A program made the position numbers and the translations under genes. Under the pieces are notes generated by a model. It ran no database searches, was not told the DNA's origin, and saw only the letters and a list, made by a program, of their open reading frames with translations. 64,000 bases of DNA from Alphaproteobacteria bacterium (lineage in GTDB: Bacteria > Pseudomonadota > Alphaproteobacteria > MPNO01), in the NCBI GenBank assembly GCA_964291675.2, contig OZ219866.1, positions 896,001 through 960,000 on the forward strand. The letters are read 5' to 3'. Shown piece after piece: positions 61,180 through 64,000 of this stretch (positions are counted from its first letter, which is position 1; every line of letters begins with the position of its first letter).

Positions 61180-62604
61180 TCAGCGCTGGGTGAGCTTGAA
61201 CTCGATGCGGCGGTTGCGGCGGAAGGCGGCGATGGTGTTGTCCGGGTCGATCGGCTGGAACTCGCCGAACCCGGTGGCGGCGAGCCGGGTGGCGGGAACG
61301 CCCCGGTCGATCAGGTATTTCACCACCGCTACCGCGCGCCCGGTCGAGAGCTCCCAGTTCGACGGGTAGGCCGGGGTGGAGATCGGTATCCGGTCGGTGT
61401 GGCCGTCCACCCGGAGCACCCAGTTTATGTCGGTCGGGATCTTCGCCGAGATCTCCTTGACGGTCTCGGCCAGCTTGTCGATCTGGGTGCGCCCGCCGGG
61501 CTGCAGCGTCGCCTGGCCGGAGGGGAACAGCACCTCCGACTGGAAGACGAAGCGGTCGCCGACGATGCGCACGTCGCTGCGGTCGCCGAGCGCCTGCCTG
61601 AGCCGGCCGAAGAACTCGGAGCGGAAGCTCGCGAGCTCCTGCACCTTGCTGGCGAGCGCGGCGTTTAGCCGCTGCGACAGGTTGACGATCTGGATGCCCT
61701 TCTCCTCGGCCTCGCGCTCGGAGGCTTCGAGCGCCGCCTCGATGCGCGCGAGCTGCTGGCGCAGCGCGGCGATCTGGAGGTTGAGAAGCCGCACCTGCTC
61801 CTGCGCCTGCCGCGAGACCGCCTGCTCCGCGCTGAGCGCCTCCTCGCCCTGCGATACCCGCGCGCCGAGGTCGCGCAGCCGCACGTCGCGCGCCTCGATC
61901 TCGCGCTGGGCCAGCCGGGTCCGTTCCTCGGCCGAGGCGAGCTCGGCGACGAGCTCCTTGGAGCGGTCGCGCAGCGCGCCGGCCTCCCGCGTCCGCTCCT
62001 CCAGCGAGCGCTTGAGCCCGGCGACCTCCTGCGACTGGGCCCTGAGCGTGTCGTCGAGCTCGCCGACCCGCTTCTCCAGCGCGTCGCGGACTTCGCGCAA
62101 GGCGGCGATGTCGCGCTCCAGGCTGACGATGTTGCGCAGTTGAAGCTCGATCTTCTCGCGGTCCGCGCCGATCGTCTTGTAGGCGTCCTCCAGCTCGGCG
62201 GCGGTCTTCTCGGAGGTCGCCTTGAGCGCGTCGCGCTCGGCGGAGAGCGCCGCGACCTCGTCGCTCAGCCGGTCGCGCTCGGGCAGCAGCGAAGCGAGCT
62301 GGCTCGACAGCCTGTCGCGCTCGGCGGTCAGCGTGCCGAGATCGACGGTGAGCTGCGCCAGCCTGCCCTCCAGCTCGGACTTCTCCGCCTGTTCGAGGGA
62401 CAGCATCTCCGTGAGCTGGGCGATCTGCCGGTTGAGCCGGTCGAGCGCCCGGTCGCGCCCGCTCAGCACCTCGCTCAGGAAGTACTGCGCCAGGGTAAAC
62501 ACCATCAGCAGAAAGATGACGATGATCAGCAATGCCGCCAGCGCGTCGACGAAGCCGGGCCAGATGTCGGCCCCCGAATGCTGCCTGGTCCTGCCGACGG
62601 CCAT
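61180..62604 (-). CDS. OmpA/MotB-family peptidoglycan-binding coiled-coil protein
   Basis: WPGFVD TM, VDGHTD, NWELS and NRRIE. Confidence 0.9.
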   Translation of the reverse strand: MAVGRTRQHSGADIWPGFVDALAALLIIVIFLLMVFTLAQYFLSEVLSGRDRALDRLNRQIAQLTEMLSLEQAEKSELEGRLAQLTVDLGTLTAERDRLSSQLASLLPERDRLSDEVAALSAERDALKATSEKTAAELEDAYKTIGADREKIELQLRNIVSLERDIAALREVRDALEKRVGELDDTLRAQSQEVAGLKRSLEERTREAGALRDRSKELVAELASAEERTRLAQREIEARDVRLRDLGARVSQGEEALSAEQAVSRQAQEQVRLLNLQIAALRQQLARIEAALEASEREAEEKGIQIVNLSQRLNAALASKVQELASFRSEFFGRLRQALGDRSDVRIVGDRFVFQSEVLFPSGQATLQPGGRTQIDKLAETVKEISAKIPTDINWVLRVDGHTDRIPISTPAYPSNWELSTGRAVAVVKYLIDRGVPATRLAATGFGEFQPIDPDNTIAAFRRNRRIEFKLTQR

Positions 62605-62613
62605 CTTGCCGGC

Positions 62614-63750
62614 CTAGTCCGTCTCTTTTCGCCCGGTCGCCGCTATGGTGCGCGACAGCACGCGGATCTCGTTCCTGATCTCCTGCACCATCTCGCTGCG
62701 CCCGGCCGAGAGCTGCTCGATGAGCCGGGCCACGTGGACGTCGATGTTGCGCATGTGCTGCTGCACGTTGTCGTCGAAGCCGCCGCCCGGCCGCGCCTCG
62801 GCCAGCCGGGCCAGGATCGGGCGCAGCTCGAGCTGGGTCTCCGCGATCTGGGTCATCAGCGCCTGCTCGGCGCGCATCTGGTCGGTGAGCGCCGACAGGT
62901 TCTCGGCCAGCAGCGAGATCGACTGGTTCGACGAGATCCGGCTCTCCTCGCCGCGCTCCATGGTGCGTTGCAGGTTCTCCAGGCTGTCGGCGGTCTGCTC
63001 CAGCAGGGCCTGGACATAGGCGGGGACCGCCTGGTCCTGGTCGATCCCTGCCCCGCCGCCCGACAGCCGGGTCTGGCCGGCCAGCCAGTCCTCCAGATCG
63101 TTGAAAAAGCGGTTCTGCGCCTGGCTCGCCTGGAGCTCGAGAAAGCCCAGCACCAGCGAGCCGGCGAGGCCGAACAGCGAGGACGAAAACGCCGTTCCCA
63201 TGCCGGTGAGCGGCGCCTGGAGCCCGGTCTTGAGGTCCTGGAACACCGCATCCAGCTCGCCCCCGCTGACGCTGAGGCCGCCGATCACGCCGCCCACCGC
63301 GTGGATGGTCTGGAGCAGCCCCCAGAAGGTCCCCAGCAGGCCGAGGAAGATCAGCAGCCCGATCATGTAGCGCGCGATGTCGCGCTGTTCGTCGAGGCGC
63401 GCCGCGATGCCGTCGAGCAGCGATCTGAGCGCCAGCGCCGAGAGCCGGAAGCGGCGGGTCTGCTCGCCGAGGATCGCCGCCAGCGGGGCGAGCAGGCGGG
63501 GTGCCGCCTGGACCGATATGCCGGGCCGTCCGGTGCGGACGTTGACGATCCAGTTGACCTCGCGCCTGAGCGTCATCACCTGGCGGAAGCTGTAGGCGAT
63601 GCCGAGCACCAGAACGCCGATAATCAGCCCGTTGAGGGCGGGGTTGGCATGGAACGCCCGCAGCAAGGGCTCGTACAACGCGCCCGCCACCGCGATCACG
63701 GCGAGCAGGAACAGGACCATCCTGGTCAGGTAGTTTCGCGGGCTGGTCAT
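62614..63750 (-). CDS. MotA/TolQ/ExbB-like membrane protein
   Basis: LGLLGTFWGL and GMGTAFSSSLFGL. Confidence 0.88.
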   Translation of the reverse strand: MTSPRNYLTRMVLFLLAVIAVAGALYEPLLRAFHANPALNGLIIGVLVLGIAYSFRQVMTLRREVNWIVNVRTGRPGISVQAAPRLLAPLAAILGEQTRRFRLSALALRSLLDGIAARLDEQRDIARYMIGLLIFLGLLGTFWGLLQTIHAVGGVIGGLSVSGGELDAVFQDLKTGLQAPLTGMGTAFSSSLFGLAGSLVLGFLELQASQAQNRFFNDLEDWLAGQTRLSGGGAGIDQDQAVPAYVQALLEQTADSLENLQRTMERGEESRISSNQSISLLAENLSALTDQMRAEQALMTQIAETQLELRPILARLAEARPGGGFDDNVQQHMRNIDVHVARLIEQLSAGRSEMVQEIRNEIRVLSRTIAATGRKETD

Positions 63751-63841
63751 GTCGCGCGGTTTCTCGGCATCCGGCCGCAACCCGTGCCTGGTTCGTCCGG
63801 CCGGCTGTGCCTGCCGGCCGAATCAGCCGATTTTAGGCGCC

Positions 63842-64000
63842 CTAGCTCGCCAGAGCGAGATCGGATTCGTTCAAACTTTCGCGCAGCATTCGCCGGACCG
63901 ACGCGTGCAGCCGGTCGTTGGCGGCGACGATGGAAGGGCCGTCGAGGCGTGCCGCGCCGCCCTTGAGGTCGGTCGCGAACCCGCCGGCCTCGCGCACCAG
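63842..64000 (-). CDS. Inositol monophosphatase family, 3' end (runs off window)
   Basis: Manual translation LVREAGGFATDLKG...IVAAND. Confidence 0.75.
   Translation of the reverse strand: MVREAGGFATDLKGGAARLDGPSIVAANDRLHASVRRMLRESLNESDLALAS

Larger units (their letters stand above)
59714..61221. mobile_element. Lower-GC islet bounded by 47-bp direct repeats
   Basis: 59714-59760 vs 61175-61221, 45/47 identical; the repeat is the 3' end of the motB-like gene. Confidence 0.8.

Noticed and set aside
61180-63750. Flagellar stator or Zorya ZorAB defence system
   Set aside because: Core-like GC, no flagellar or zorC/D/E genes, and the position after an inositol monophosphatase gene is a common alphaproteobacterial housekeeping arrangement

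Overview
GC-rich alphaproteobacterial (Rhodospirillales-like) chromosomal window, probably spanning the replication origin. The core backbone includes hisB-H-A-F-E, hslVU, smr/mltA/tim44/secB/dnaQ/coaE/aroE/maf, the PPDK regulator, a candidate oriC, hemE-hemH-hemJ-rho, helicase-S4-fdxA-carD, htpG, acnA, rpmE and a motA/motB-like pair. Catabolic genes include lutABC, an orphan molybdo-hydroxylase large subunit and hydantoinase/oxoprolinase A/B. The most notable non-core signals are: (1) a nested REP > MITE-like element > IS110 structure, with the IS110 at the inner edge of the MITE terminal repeat and a structured candidate bridge RNA upstream of its recombinase; (2) a probable AhpD-like selenoprotein (CFY-UGA-TAGH readthrough) in a lower-GC GST/GST/AhpD redox islet; (3) two perfect parS sites, each inside a 42-bp repeat that also carries a second palindrome with a compensatory base change; (4) an integrase-less toxin-antitoxin islet bounded by a 47-bp duplication of the 3' end of the motB-like gene; (5) a Fic gene beside an IS1-like remnant. 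No rRNA, tRNA or CRISPR array was seen. Product calls rest on motif recognition and gene order only; no database searches were run.
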